Source of the DNA: a candidate division WOR-3 bacterium
Lineage (GTDB): Bacteria > Hydrothermota > Tepidihabitantia > B3-TA06
Length of the DNA stretch: 64,000 nucleotides
Reading direction: 5' to 3'
Assembly: GCA_016934635.1 (NCBI GenBank)
Contig: JAFGSK010000071.1
Location: 1,294 to 65,293 of the forward strand
Shown here: in pieces, positions 19,265 through 29,497 of the stretch
Layout of the letters: each line of letters opens with the position of its first letter
Numbering within the stretch: the stretch's first letter is position 1
Notes under the pieces: generated by a model
What the model was told of the DNA's origin: nothing
Seen by the model: only the letters and a program-made list of their open reading frames with translations
Database searches by the model: none
Program-made: the position numbers and the translations under genes

Positions 19265-19300
19265 TGCCGCTGTGAGCCGTCAGCTCAGAGCTGTGAGCTG
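19265..19300. repeat. Direct repeat of GCTGTGAGC(N)GTCAGC (x2) downstream of the antiporter; an inverted copy lies at 17795-17813
   Basis: ccgctgtgagccgtcagc tcaga gctgtgagctgtcagcgg. The upstream region has ccgctcacagctgagag, the reverse complement of the core. Confidence 0.6.
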
Positions 19301-19499
19301 TCAGCGGTTAGTTCTCCATCCTTGACATCACCGATCCTGTGACTATTATTATCCTCAATGTACGGCAATAAGGCGGTTGCATTCGCTACTGAACCAGGGG
19401 ATGCCTCCAGAAAAGACTCCAGACATGAATCGGACGCAGGTTTTTTTCGGGTTAACGGTCTATATAATGAGAAAGAAATTCCTTCGATCGGAGGTTTTA

Positions 19500-22358
19500 A
19501 TGTGGTCTAAGATGATTAGGGCTGCCATTGTGGGGTTGATACTTGCCGTGCCTGCGTCTGCGCAGTATTTCTACGGCAAGAACAAGGTGCAGCGGGAGGT
19601 TGAAGCAACCTATACCTACGAGACCGAGCATTGTACCATCTACATAGAAGAGGGCGGAGAGCCTCTTGCTAGGTTTGCTGCAGAGGCGGCAGAGGAGGCC
19701 TATAAGCAGCATGCCCAGGACTTCGGGTTCGAGATTCCTTTCAAGATTCCGGTCATCATCTATAAATCGCAGCCTGATTTTGCCGCAACCAACATTATAC
19801 TTGAACCTATCGAGGAATCGATAGGCGGCTTTGCAGAGATTTTCAAGAACCGCGCGGTAATTCCTTTTACCGGATCCTACGAGGATCTCAGGCACGTTAT
19901 CTTCCACGAACTGGTGCATATTTTCCAGTACGAGCTATACTACTCTTTGACTATGTCCAACCTTTTCTCCATCATACCCGGTTTTACACCGCCTCTGTGG
20001 ATAATGGAGGGCTGTGCAGAATTTTCGTCATCCCACGGAGGCGCGGACGAAGACGCCTTCATGCGCGATCTACTCCTGACCAACAATATCATTCCCCTGG
20101 AAGAGCTGGAGTATTGGCAGGGTTATATCGTTTACCGCCAGGGTGAGTCGGTATTCATGTTCATCGAGGATCGCTACGGTCGTGAAAAGGCCTTTGAACT
20201 CATGCACGCCATCAAGTTGAGGGGGAGCATGGACGGTGCGTTCGAGAAGGTTTTCGGGATGAGTGTCGAGGAGTTCGGCAAGGACTGGCTGAACTGGCTG
20301 CGCAAGAAGTATCTTCCCGAGATAGAAAAACTGGACAACCGCAAGATCCAGGCCAGGCTGCTAACAGACCATGAAAAGGACTTTTCGTACTACAACGGTA
20401 GTGTGGCCCTCTCGCCATCAGGTGCCAAGATAGCCTATGCTACCACCAAGGGAGACTATATCACGGTCAACGTGATCAGCGGGTTCGACGGCAAGCCTTT
20501 AAAGAAGCTGCTCAAGGCAGGTCGCTCGGCAACCTTTGAGAGGTTACCGCTTCTGCGCCGGACCCTTGCCTGGTCCGAAGATGAGACCTATCTTGCAGTA
20601 CTAGGATTTTCCCGCAACCAGCCGGTTCTTTTGTGGGTAAACTACTCCACAGGCAAGACCGAGAAAAGGTATCGGCTGAAGGTTGATGATGCATATGCAC
20701 CTGTCATATCACCTGACGGTAATCGCGTGGTTTACGTGGGTATCAAGGACGGCCAAAGCGATCTTTATTCGCTTGACCTGGGGTCGGGAAACGTTGAACG
20801 TTTAACCTACGACCTTTACGAGGAGCAGGACCCTTCTTTTAACGAAGGTTACGTGCTTTACGTGTGCGATAAGCCTGATCAAGACAGCGTATGGCGCGTA
20901 GGCAGCTACGCCGTATGGCAGCTATCAGCGTCAGGAAGGACCAAGCGCGTCTCACCGAGGTTCTCTGAACTTTCCTGCCCATATCGTATGGAAGATGAGA
21001 TTGTATTCATAGGTTCCGGATACAATCTTTACTCCTATGATCCGGAGGATTCCACCCTTATTCAGCTTACCGACTGGTTCGAGAAGATAGAGGAGTTTTC
21101 GCCTGCTTCAAGCGGGAAGGCTGCGATGATTATTTACACCAACTCGGGTTACGACGTGGCAATGCTTAACGGTACCCTCGAAGGTCTTACACCTGCCCAG
21201 GACAGCCTGGAGATAGCCCATGCCGATCTTTTCTCCTATGAGCCGGAAGAGGTGACCATAGAGGACCTTGAACCCTACAAGCCAGCCTTTTCGGCGGATT
21301 ACATCTACGGGTCAGGGGCTTACTCCTCCCTGTACGGGGCAACCGGCAATATCAGCCTGGCTATCAGCGATATGCTGGGAGATCACCGCATCTACATAGA
21401 CGCCAATCTCTACGGGGATATACTCTATTCGGATATAGTCGTATCCTACTGGTTCCTTAAACGCAGGGTAGATTATGCGGTTGGCGGTTTTCAACTTGGC
21501 GATTATTATCTGTATTTAACCTCGGATTCGTCGTTTTTGTACATCGAGCGTGCCCGGCGAGGATTGAGTACCCTGGTTTCAATGCCCTGGAGTAAGTTTT
21601 TCAGACTGGAAACCGGCCTTGACGGGATGGCGGTAACTCACCATGAGTATTACGACGGATACATTGACGAAACAGGCAACATAGTATTTGAGCATGATAC
21701 GATATACACCCAGCCTTTATTCCAAGCCAACGCCTGGCTTGTGTTCGACAATGCGATATGGAATTACTATACCCCGATGAACGGATTGCGGCTGAGGTTG
21801 GGTGGGTACAGTTCCTTTCTTTCTTCTACCCAATACCAGACCGTGATGACCGACCTCAGGGGCTATCTACCGATCACACGCAGAGCCTCGATTGCCCTTC
21901 GTACCTTTGGGGCTGCAAGTTTCGGTCAAGACAGGGAATACTTCTATCTGGCCGGAGGCGGATTCGGGGAGTACCGCGATTTCTTCTTCTTCGGCGGGCC
22001 GTACGAGGTTCGGGGCTACCAGTACTCCTCCTACGATGCGTTCGTCGGTTCAAAGGTTGCTTTTGCAAACCTTGAGCTCCGGGTTCCGTTCGTGGATCAG
22101 CTGAAGATGTCTTTTCCCCTGCCATTGAACCTGGGCGGGATTCGAGGGGTTGTTTTTACCGATGCCGGGTTCGTATGGGACGAAGAACTGCCTCGACTTT
22201 GGCAGGGCGGCAGACTCGAAGACCTCAAGGCCGGGTACGGGGTAGGAATTCGCTGGGTCTTCGGTTACTTTATGCTCAAGTTTGATTTTGCCAGGCCGTA
22301 TCAAACCGATGAGGAGAAACCATGGAAGTTTCATTTCCGGATAGGTGCGGATTTCTAA
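19500..22358 (+). CDS. Outer-membrane Omp85-family beta-barrel protein with N-terminal HEXXH metallopeptidase-like domain and PD40/TolB-like beta-propeller repeats
   Basis: RBS GGAGG 9 nt upstream of ATG 19500. Signal peptide MWSKMIRAAIVGLILAVPASAQ. HELVH zinc-binding motif. PD40-like repeats (ISPDGNRVVYV, SDLYSLDLGSG). C-terminal Omp85 barrel signatures: the VRGY loop-6 motif (GGPYEVRGYQY), GYGVGIRWVFGYFMLKFDFARP, terminal F. Confidence 0.6.
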   Translation: MWSKMIRAAIVGLILAVPASAQYFYGKNKVQREVEATYTYETEHCTIYIEEGGEPLARFAAEAAEEAYKQHAQDFGFEIPFKIPVIIYKSQPDFAATNIILEPIEESIGGFAEIFKNRAVIPFTGSYEDLRHVIFHELVHIFQYELYYSLTMSNLFSIIPGFTPPLWIMEGCAEFSSSHGGADEDAFMRDLLLTNNIIPLEELEYWQGYIVYRQGESVFMFIEDRYGREKAFELMHAIKLRGSMDGAFEKVFGMSVEEFGKDWLNWLRKKYLPEIEKLDNRKIQARLLTDHEKDFSYYNGSVALSPSGAKIAYATTKGDYITVNVISGFDGKPLKKLLKAGRSATFERLPLLRRTLAWSEDETYLAVLGFSRNQPVLLWVNYSTGKTEKRYRLKVDDAYAPVISPDGNRVVYVGIKDGQSDLYSLDLGSGNVERLTYDLYEEQDPSFNEGYVLYVCDKPDQDSVWRVGSYAVWQLSASGRTKRVSPRFSELSCPYRMEDEIVFIGSGYNLYSYDPEDSTLIQLTDWFEKIEEFSPASSGKAAMIIYTNSGYDVAMLNGTLEGLTPAQDSLEIAHADLFSYEPEEVTIEDLEPYKPAFSADYIYGSGAYSSLYGATGNISLAISDMLGDHRIYIDANLYGDILYSDIVVSYWFLKRRVDYAVGGFQLGDYYLYLTSDSSFLYIERARRGLSTLVSMPWSKFFRLETGLDGMAVTHHEYYDGYIDETGNIVFEHDTIYTQPLFQANAWLVFDNAIWNYYTPMNGLRLRLGGYSSFLSSTQYQTVMTDLRGYLPITRRASIALRTFGAASFGQDREYFYLAGGGFGEYRDFFFFGGPYEVRGYQYSSYDAFVGSKVAFANLELRVPFVDQLKMSFPLPLNLGGIRGVVFTDAGFVWDEELPRLWQGGRLEDLKAGYGVGIRWVFGYFMLKFDFARPYQTDEEKPWKFHFRIGADF

Positions 22359-23557
22359 CCAGGCGGATCTTTCCCTCGGTGTTTTTTGTGGGAGTGGTTC
22401 TTGTTCTCACCGGATGTGTGAATATCCTTAAGCCTCCCGAAGATATACTCTATGAAGATATCCCTGAGTATTCCTGGGAAACCCTTCTGCTTCAACATTC
22501 ATTCAATTTCAACTATAACAGCTACAGCGACGTTTTTTCATTCGAGGTTAGAGGTAAAGGGCAGGTTGTTATGCCTGATGCGCTGCGGTTTAAGGGCACC
22601 TGGAAGTTAGGTGAAGAAGAGCGAGTTCTCGACATGGCTGCAGCCGGGTCTTTTCAACTGGAGAAGGAGGGGGGGCAATGGGTAGCCCGTCAGCGAAGCG
22701 AGGAAACCAAGATAATTGACCAGGTTGACCAGGTTTTACGTTATTCACTTTTACGTAAGAAAGGAAAGGGGTTTGAACTGGTTGAAGATGAAGGTAAAGT
22801 GCTGAATTACTCATTTACACCCGCCCTGGCACACCTTGATCCGAAATTTGAAAAGGAGTTCGACGCGATATTAGTAATCGACGGCAGGACACTTCTGGCA
22901 AAGGAGATTCACGTTATTTCGGACGATGAGGAGGTAGGGTTTGATTTTGAAATATCAAGTGTAAATCGGGCAAAAAAGATCGGTCTTCCTTTTTCTGCAA
23001 ATTTTATGATTACGTACGATCACGAGTGGGGGAGTACGGGTAAGGCTACAAGGGGTTTAAAGAAGCGCTTGAAGGAGTTAGGTCGTGAATCTCGCATTCA
23101 CGTGCGGCAGGGTGAGATTGAAGTTAGGCTGGCCCTTCCTGTGGATGAGTCGATTGCCCGTGCATTGGGTGAACCGGGTCAGCTAACTATTCTTGGTTTG
23201 AACCTTGAAGGTTCGGGCCCAACGATTAACAAGAGGGGAGAGGTTTCAGATATCTTCCATGTGGCTGATACGGTGGCATGGCCTGTGGTAAAATCGGTTG
23301 AACTCGGGTTCGATTCGCTGAGCAGACCCTTACTTGAAACGGAACTCGTTAAGTCCGAGCCTTTATCCCGCTCATTTGACTATCTCGGTGTTGCAGTTGA
23401 CGGTGTGCTATATGAGGTTTTTGCGGTTGACAATCCCCTTGATTTGATTAGGATTTCAAATGTGGCTACCTATCAGGATGTCCTTGCGTTGGCATTGAAG
23501 CTGGAAAAAGACATGAGGGCAAAGATGAATTTTGTCGACCAGAAGCGTCTGAGGTAA
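22322..23557 (+). CDS. Hypothetical lipoprotein
   Basis: Signal peptide with lipobox LVLTGC. No recognizable catalytic motifs. Overlaps the 3' end of the Omp85-like gene. Confidence 0.5.
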   Translation: MEVSFPDRCGFLTRRIFPSVFFVGVVLVLTGCVNILKPPEDILYEDIPEYSWETLLLQHSFNFNYNSYSDVFSFEVRGKGQVVMPDALRFKGTWKLGEEERVLDMAAAGSFQLEKEGGQWVARQRSEETKIIDQVDQVLRYSLLRKKGKGFELVEDEGKVLNYSFTPALAHLDPKFEKEFDAILVIDGRTLLAKEIHVISDDEEVGFDFEISSVNRAKKIGLPFSANFMITYDHEWGSTGKATRGLKKRLKELGRESRIHVRQGEIEVRLALPVDESIARALGEPGQLTILGLNLEGSGPTINKRGEVSDIFHVADTVAWPVVKSVELGFDSLSRPLLETELVKSEPLSRSFDYLGVAVDGVLYEVFAVDNPLDLIRISNVATYQDVLALALKLEKDMRAKMNFVDQKRLR

Positions 23558-23848
23558 AGGTATGATTTCTAATCGTGATCCAGGTAGTGTTCTTTTGGGC
23601 AGGATAGTTGAGAGGCGGAATAGATTATAGAGGGAAGTTACAATATTATGAGAAACGGTACAAAAAGGAGTGTCTAGGAAGCTAATTGATCGTTCTATGA
23701 TCGATTCCAGACCGAGTAAAATCACGAGATTCCCTTGTAAAAAAGGGATACAAGACCAAGAGGTGTGCCGTATGAAAAAAGCGAATATAACCTATTATGA
23801 TAATTGTTGTTTGTATGTGGAGTATAGTAAGAAAACAAGGGGGATAGG

Positions 23849-26800
23849 TTGAGAAAAATAACAGCCCTTCTTTTTGCTTCATGGTCTTTAGCTTTGAGTC
23901 AGGTCAGCGTTACTTCAGCTATACCTGGCGAGGTAAAGATCAAGATTAGGGCGCCTGAGAGTGTAGACGCTTTAACCTCTCACAGCAAGTTAGATCTCGA
24001 GAATCTTTATCCAGGGACTAAGCTGGTCGCAGATACATCAGGTACAGTTTTACCTCAGTATGTAATTTATATTGGCGTACCTCCTCATGGAGAGGTTCGA
24101 GTTGATTTCCAGTTAGGTTCATCGCGTAATTTAAAAGGAATTCAGCTTGATGACCTGCACTGGCCTGCAGTCCTGGAGAAACCTGGTGACGAACCCAGGA
24201 TTAGTCACTGGGTGAGTAATGCATCCAGAGTTGACTACACCGTAAGCCGTTGGCGGGATTACCGGGTTGTAGTCATTAACGCAAGACCGATCTTCTACGA
24301 TACGACGACAAACACCCTAACATTATACAAGGAGATTGCAGTTGAGGTTTCTTTCAGCGAACCGCCTTACCAGACAGGTGAACCTATAACCAACAGCAAT
24401 CTTGAGTACATATATTCCTCATCGATAACGAATTACGAACAGTGTAAAGACTGGACAATACCTTTTGGAGAGGTAGCATCCAATCCTTTTAAAGGCACGG
24501 ATAATTGGATCAAAGTCAGGATTCCAGAGGACGGGGTTTACCGTATCAGCTTTCGGGATTTAAAGAAACTGGATATAGAGCCTGACAAGATAGACCCTAA
24601 GACCTTACGGTTAGTTTACGCGGGAGAACGCCTGATAGATGAGAATCTCCCGGATACATTGAAGGAATTACCGATCTATGTTCACGGAGAGATGGACGGA
24701 AGCTTTGATCGTGAGGATTACATCGTTTTCTTTGCCCGTGGAGCTAACCATTGGGATTTTACCCAGCGAAGGTTCGAAACGAACCCTTATGTTAATGAAA
24801 ACGTGTACTGGCTAACCTGGGGCGGGGCAAAGGGTATACGGAATCCTACACGTGCCGCATATCCATTGGTCAGGGAAGCGGAGCATTCAGCTCCTGGTAT
24901 ACTTCACTTTGAGGAGGATCACGAGTGTCCTGGTCGTGCAGGCTTCCTTTGGTTATGGGAAGAGATTACGAAGACAAATGTGGATGTTATACGAAAGGAT
25001 ACCTTTATACTTGATCTTTCAGGCGTAATAGCAGTGGATACCTTTACTATCAAGGCTTATACTACGACCAGACAGGCAGGTTTTCGCGTACTGGTAGACG
25101 AAGACACTCTTTACTCCATACCAGTTGCAGATGACAGCAGGTACCCACCTGATTACGTTTCTGTTTCTCCAGGATTTACTATTAAAGATGAGCTTCCTTT
25201 AGTTATCGAAGTATTCGGTCCTTCGGAGCAGAATCTATATCCAGATTGGATACGGATGGTTGCAACGCGGGAATTGTCATTTAAACATAACCCTTTCTGG
25301 GTAGAACTGGAACCTAATAAGGTATACGAGTTCGGTGGTGTCAGATCCGGTTCATATCTTTATGATTATAGCGATCCTGCAAATCCGGTTATCCTGACTG
25401 ATTGGCAGCTTAAAAACAGAAAGCTCGTGATGAGTACTCGAACAAAGGAGATTATACCGGTTTGGGTCGCTGCCGGGCAGGGACTTCTTATACCAGACCT
25501 TGAAATTGCAGAACCGGGGAAGCTTTGGGATGAGGATTGGAATGTCGATTACGTGATTCTTTCAACCAGCGAGAATTTCGAGGCTGCCAGTGAATTGAGC
25601 GAATACCGGTCGCAGAACCTCCAGATTCCAGGGGTAAGCACCCCAAGGGTAAAGGCTGTAGATTTAGCGGATATTGTTCGAGATTTCGGCTACGGATTAG
25701 CCGAACCACAGGCAATTCGTCATTTCCTTTCCTACGTATACAATAAAAGCGCGGGTAGAACCCTTTATGTACTGATCATGGGAGACGGATCATACGATTA
25801 CAAGAACAACCTGGGTTTTACGGGTAGGCCGGAGTATTTTCCAATTCATACTCAGGATACGATACTCGATCCTAACGTGTATACGGTGATTGCGGCAACG
25901 AAGGAAGCATGGTTCGTAGATTTTGACGATGACGGTGAACATAACCCTGAGATGTGCATTGCCAGGATAACTGCAAGAGGCCCGCGTGAAGCCTACGACG
26001 TTCTAGAGAAGATTAAGGCATACGAACAAGTTCCTGCCGAGGCATGGCAGAGTCGTGTCATCTTGCTTTCCGACGACTATTACGAAGGAAGTCCCTCCAT
26101 AAGAGATCCAATCTCCAATCATATACCTGCTAATGAGGAGTTAGCCAAAGATTACCTTTATCCTGAATTCGATCCTGTCAAGGTTTACCTGTCCGACTAT
26201 CCACTTATCGGTGGGAGAAAAGATGACGCCAAGAAAGCCTTAATCGATGCACTGAACAGAGGAGCGTTACTGTGGCAGTTCTTTGGACACGGTAATGGAA
26301 GCCAGCTTGCTCATGAAGAGGTTTTCTTGTACTCCGATGCCTCAGGATTGCAGAATGGAAGCAAGTTACCTCTGGCCTTGTTCTGTTCGTGTGGGGTAGG
26401 ACGCTTCGAGGATACACGGTGGGAATGCGTGGCCGAGGAGCTTTTACGAAATGAAAACGGAGGCGTGATTGCATCGATTGCCGCTACCAAAGGCACCGGG
26501 CCAGATGCCAATCAATATATGACCGATTCTCTTTTCAGTAAATACAGGGGGTTTAAAAACTCAAACCTAGGTGATCTCTTTTTCTCACTGGTTCCGGGCA
26601 ATTCAATTACTATCCTTTACGTTTTATTCGGTGACCCTGGGATGCGATTCTCGTTTCCTACCGCTCTGGAGGTTAGTTCGGCATCGGATTCTTTTGTTAC
26701 CGGCGACACTGCAGTGGTATTATTTAACGCTCCCGCAGAAGAGGGTGGATGGTTTGCATCTGCATACGGAAGTTGGGTTAAGAAAAAAGAGGTTGTCTAC

Positions 26801-27691
26801 GGTATTGGTTATGGTTTTAAAGGAGATTTACTTTATCGAGCGCGGGGCGAGCTCTCAGGTGAAGAGCAGATATTGAGGTTTATAGTGCCTCAAGGGGTTG
26901 CAGAAGGGGATTCTGCATACATACACTTGATGTGTGCAGACGATGATTCTATCTATACATATCGGATTGAACCGATCAAGGTCGTCACAGGTTCTGTTAC
27001 GTCGAGTGATTACCAAGGACCGACTGCAGGATTCTTGGTTAACGGTAAACCTGTTCTTGATGGGGATACCGTTCTTCCGTCTTTCACCCTGACAATCGAA
27101 CTCCAAGATCAGTCAGGGATAAACCTGGCAGGTAAAACAGGACTTCGAGGACCTGCCATAGGTCGCAAGTTCAGTCTAGAGATCAACGAATCAGATCCAG
27201 TCGACCTTTCTCCTTACTTTGAGTATGAGGTTTCTTCAGATGAACTGGCTACCAAAGGTGTTGCGAATCTGCCGATTTCGTTTGCACAGGAGGACAATAT
27301 CCTTACATTATACGCCGTAGATAACATGAGAAATACCTCCCAGTACGATCTCAACCTTTATACCGCCTTTGAACGCAATCTTGAAGTAGAGACGCCTTTA
27401 GTTTATCCCAATCCGGTTTCATCTACTGCAGAGTTTACGTTTGAGCTTAATGCAGCAGCAGATGTATCGGTTCTGATATTTTCGATAAGCGGTAGACTTG
27501 TTAGACGTCTGCCTGTCCTGTCTTATCCAGAAGGCTTTAGTTCCTATGCCTGGGATGGATTGGATGCCAGCGGTAGACCTCTGCCCAATGGCGTTTATAT
27601 CTATCGTTTAACGGCAGAAACAGGTCCTGAAGATGCCTGGTTGCCCAATGCACGCACCTCGGTAAACGAGAAGTTTATCGTGGTGCATTAG
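23849..27691 (+). CDS. Peptidase C25 (gingipain/PorU-like) family cysteine peptidase with C-terminal T9SS sorting domain
   Basis: TTG start with RBS AAGGGGGA. Signal peptide. Segment LLWQFFGHGNGSQ...LALFCSCGVGRF is compatible with the C25 His/Cys dyad region. C-terminus YPNPVSSTAEFTFEL...VSVLIFSISGRLVRRL...GVYIYRL matches the Por_Secre_tail CTD. Length 1280 aa is similar to PorU. Confidence 0.6.
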   Translation: MRKITALLFASWSLALSQVSVTSAIPGEVKIKIRAPESVDALTSHSKLDLENLYPGTKLVADTSGTVLPQYVIYIGVPPHGEVRVDFQLGSSRNLKGIQLDDLHWPAVLEKPGDEPRISHWVSNASRVDYTVSRWRDYRVVVINARPIFYDTTTNTLTLYKEIAVEVSFSEPPYQTGEPITNSNLEYIYSSSITNYEQCKDWTIPFGEVASNPFKGTDNWIKVRIPEDGVYRISFRDLKKLDIEPDKIDPKTLRLVYAGERLIDENLPDTLKELPIYVHGEMDGSFDREDYIVFFARGANHWDFTQRRFETNPYVNENVYWLTWGGAKGIRNPTRAAYPLVREAEHSAPGILHFEEDHECPGRAGFLWLWEEITKTNVDVIRKDTFILDLSGVIAVDTFTIKAYTTTRQAGFRVLVDEDTLYSIPVADDSRYPPDYVSVSPGFTIKDELPLVIEVFGPSEQNLYPDWIRMVATRELSFKHNPFWVELEPNKVYEFGGVRSGSYLYDYSDPANPVILTDWQLKNRKLVMSTRTKEIIPVWVAAGQGLLIPDLEIAEPGKLWDEDWNVDYVILSTSENFEAASELSEYRSQNLQIPGVSTPRVKAVDLADIVRDFGYGLAEPQAIRHFLSYVYNKSAGRTLYVLIMGDGSYDYKNNLGFTGRPEYFPIHTQDTILDPNVYTVIAATKEAWFVDFDDDGEHNPEMCIARITARGPREAYDVLEKIKAYEQVPAEAWQSRVILLSDDYYEGSPSIRDPISNHIPANEELAKDYLYPEFDPVKVYLSDYPLIGGRKDDAKKALIDALNRGALLWQFFGHGNGSQLAHEEVFLYSDASGLQNGSKLPLALFCSCGVGRFEDTRWECVAEELLRNENGGVIASIAATKGTGPDANQYMTDSLFSKYRGFKNSNLGDLFFSLVPGNSITILYVLFGDPGMRFSFPTALEVSSASDSFVTGDTAVVLFNAPAEEGGWFASAYGSWVKKKEVVYGIGYGFKGDLLYRARGELSGEEQILRFIVPQGVAEGDSAYIHLMCADDDSIYTYRIEPIKVVTGSVTSSDYQGPTAGFLVNGKPVLDGDTVLPSFTLTIELQDQSGINLAGKTGLRGPAIGRKFSLEINESDPVDLSPYFEYEVSSDELATKGVANLPISFAQEDNILTLYAVDNMRNTSQYDLNLYTAFERNLEVETPLVYPNPVSSTAEFTFELNAAADVSVLIFSISGRLVRRLPVLSYPEGFSSYAWDGLDASGRPLPNGVYIYRLTAETGPEDAWLPNARTSVNEKFIVVH

Positions 27692-27700
27692 TGAAGATTT

Positions 27701-28477
27701 ATGGCTAATCTGTTATGGCTTAAGCCGACCGCTGGGGGGAACCTTCCCCCAACCAGTATATTCTTGGCAACGAGGAGGGCAATTAATGCACTTTTTGTTC
27801 TTGGAAGCTTCAATCCGGTCCTGAGACCGAAGGCATACGAACGTTTAGTTACATTACTCTACGAACGTTTCAAGACACTTGGGTTGAATGATGTAAGGGT
27901 AGAGCATTCCCTGGAGTCCGGCAGGATTTTAGGTCAAGATTTACCTATCTACGTCGCTCTCAGGAGACCGAAGGACCTTTTGACTACTACTACCTTTTCC
28001 GAGATACTTGCCGAGCAGCAGATGCTTCACGAGGACTTGGAAAGGGAAGATGTCTTCAAGCTTCTTTATCAGGCGATCAACGGTGTCCAGCATATCTTGA
28101 CCGACACCGAAGCTGCATGGAAGCTTCTGTGCGAGGAGTGGGACTCCCTTGAGATTGAAAACGACGAGCCTTTTGCCGAACGTATATCACCTGAAGGGGA
28201 TTTATACCGCGTCAATCTCAGACCTGCCAAGGAACTTGCCCTAGATATGTCCAGGCTCTTCGAGGCGATGAAACGTTCAACCTTACTCCTCAGCGCTGGA
28301 TTCGAGCAACGTAAGACTCGACTTTTAGCCGCAGTGTCTTCAATTGGCGTCGAAGCGGATGAGGTTCCGGAACAACCTTTGAGGCATTCTGAGTCTTACA
28401 AGACCAGGGTACGTCCTGCATATCGGTTACTTCACGCTTCGGAGATCGCAGGGCTGTTGACTCCATCCGGTAAATAA
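27701..28477 (+). CDS. Hypothetical protein
   Basis: 258-aa ORF with no recognizable motifs. Tightly follows the C25 gene. Confidence 0.4.
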   Translation: MANLLWLKPTAGGNLPPTSIFLATRRAINALFVLGSFNPVLRPKAYERLVTLLYERFKTLGLNDVRVEHSLESGRILGQDLPIYVALRRPKDLLTTTTFSEILAEQQMLHEDLEREDVFKLLYQAINGVQHILTDTEAAWKLLCEEWDSLEIENDEPFAERISPEGDLYRVNLRPAKELALDMSRLFEAMKRSTLLLSAGFEQRKTRLLAAVSSIGVEADEVPEQPLRHSESYKTRVRPAYRLLHASEIAGLLTPSGK

Positions 28478-28510
28478 GGATTCGGCTTTGTAATAAACTA
28501 AGGAGGCGAA

Positions 28511-28855
28511 ATGTTGGTTCGCAGTATAACCGAGGTAAAACAAGACCAGGTGGAGACTGAAGGGGCCAGCGGTGTGAAGATTCGTTGGCTTATTTCAGCC
28601 GATGAGGGAGCACCGAACTTCGCCATGCGCGAATTCGAGATTGAACCTGGAGGGCACACACCTTATCATTCGCATGACTGGGAACATGAGGTTTTCGTGC
28701 TTTCAGGAGAGGGGACGGCGGTCAGCGAGGGAAAAGAGCACCCTATAAAAAAAGGGATGGTTGTTTTCGTTCCGGGAAGGGAAATGCACAACTTCAAGAA
28801 TACCGGGTCAGAAACGCTCAGGTTTCTGTGTTTAGTTCCCCATAAGAAGGATTAA
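28511..28855 (+). CDS. Cupin domain protein (cupin_2)
   Basis: RBS AAGGAGG. Motifs PYHSHDWEHEVFVLSGEG ... MHNFKNTG are typical of the small bicupin-fold metal-binding site. Confidence 0.7.
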   Translation: MLVRSITEVKQDQVETEGASGVKIRWLISADEGAPNFAMREFEIEPGGHTPYHSHDWEHEVFVLSGEGTAVSEGKEHPIKKGMVVFVPGREMHNFKNTGSETLRFLCLVPHKKD

Positions 28856-28869
28856 ATATTACTAGTCAT

Positions 28870-29166
28870 GTGGAGGCTTCCATGTCTAAAAGTCTTGAGG
28901 ATTCGTTGATTGAATTCTTTAAGCATACCACCGTTTCAGCCGCACTCCTGAAAACCTTTGATGCGGCAAATGAACCCCTGAAGTTCGATTCCTTGACAGA
29001 AGGCGTTAGCTTGAGAATAGGTAAGCGAATCCCGGATTATGCCCTCGAAGGGGTTGTGCGGAACTCCCTTCGGTTACTGAAGGCCTCGGGATGGGTTGTC
29101 AAGGAAGATGTCTGCTTCAAGCTGACCGAGTTAGGGCAGGAATTGGCAAAGAGGGTTTGTATCTAG
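28870..29166 (+). CDS. Hypothetical small protein
   Basis: 98-aa ORF directly downstream of the cupin gene. No motifs recognized. Confidence 0.35.
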   Translation: MEASMSKSLEDSLIEFFKHTTVSAALLKTFDAANEPLKFDSLTEGVSLRIGKRIPDYALEGVVRNSLRLLKASGWVVKEDVCFKLTELGQELAKRVCI

Positions 29167-29460
29167 TCGAAGACTAATCGGGACCAAACAACAGACTTAA
29201 ACTGGGATAGAATTATTATAGCTCATTTGCCACCTACATCACCTATCGGATTATTAAACCAAAAAGAAGACAAAAATATTGAGATCTCTAACCTCATCTT
29301 TACTTTAGATTCTACGGAACCAGAGTAAAAGAGAGCCTTAGATCAAACGATACTACTCATATCCGTCGATTAGCCTTAGCGTCATCTGCTGACCACAGAA
29401 GTAGACCGCGTCTTACGGAATAGGCGACACAAGGCAAGCAGACATAATCCTTAATCGAGC

Positions 29461-29488
29461 TTGACGCGGGTTTAATCGATACTAATAT
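29461..29488 (+). promoter_or_regulatory. Sigma70-like promoter, TTGACG-16-TAATAT, ending 9 nt before the ATG of the next gene (near-leaderless)
   Basis: TTGACG at 29461-29466, -10 TAATAT at 29483-29488, ATG at 29498. Confidence 0.4.
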
Positions 29489-29497
29489 CTTACTTGT

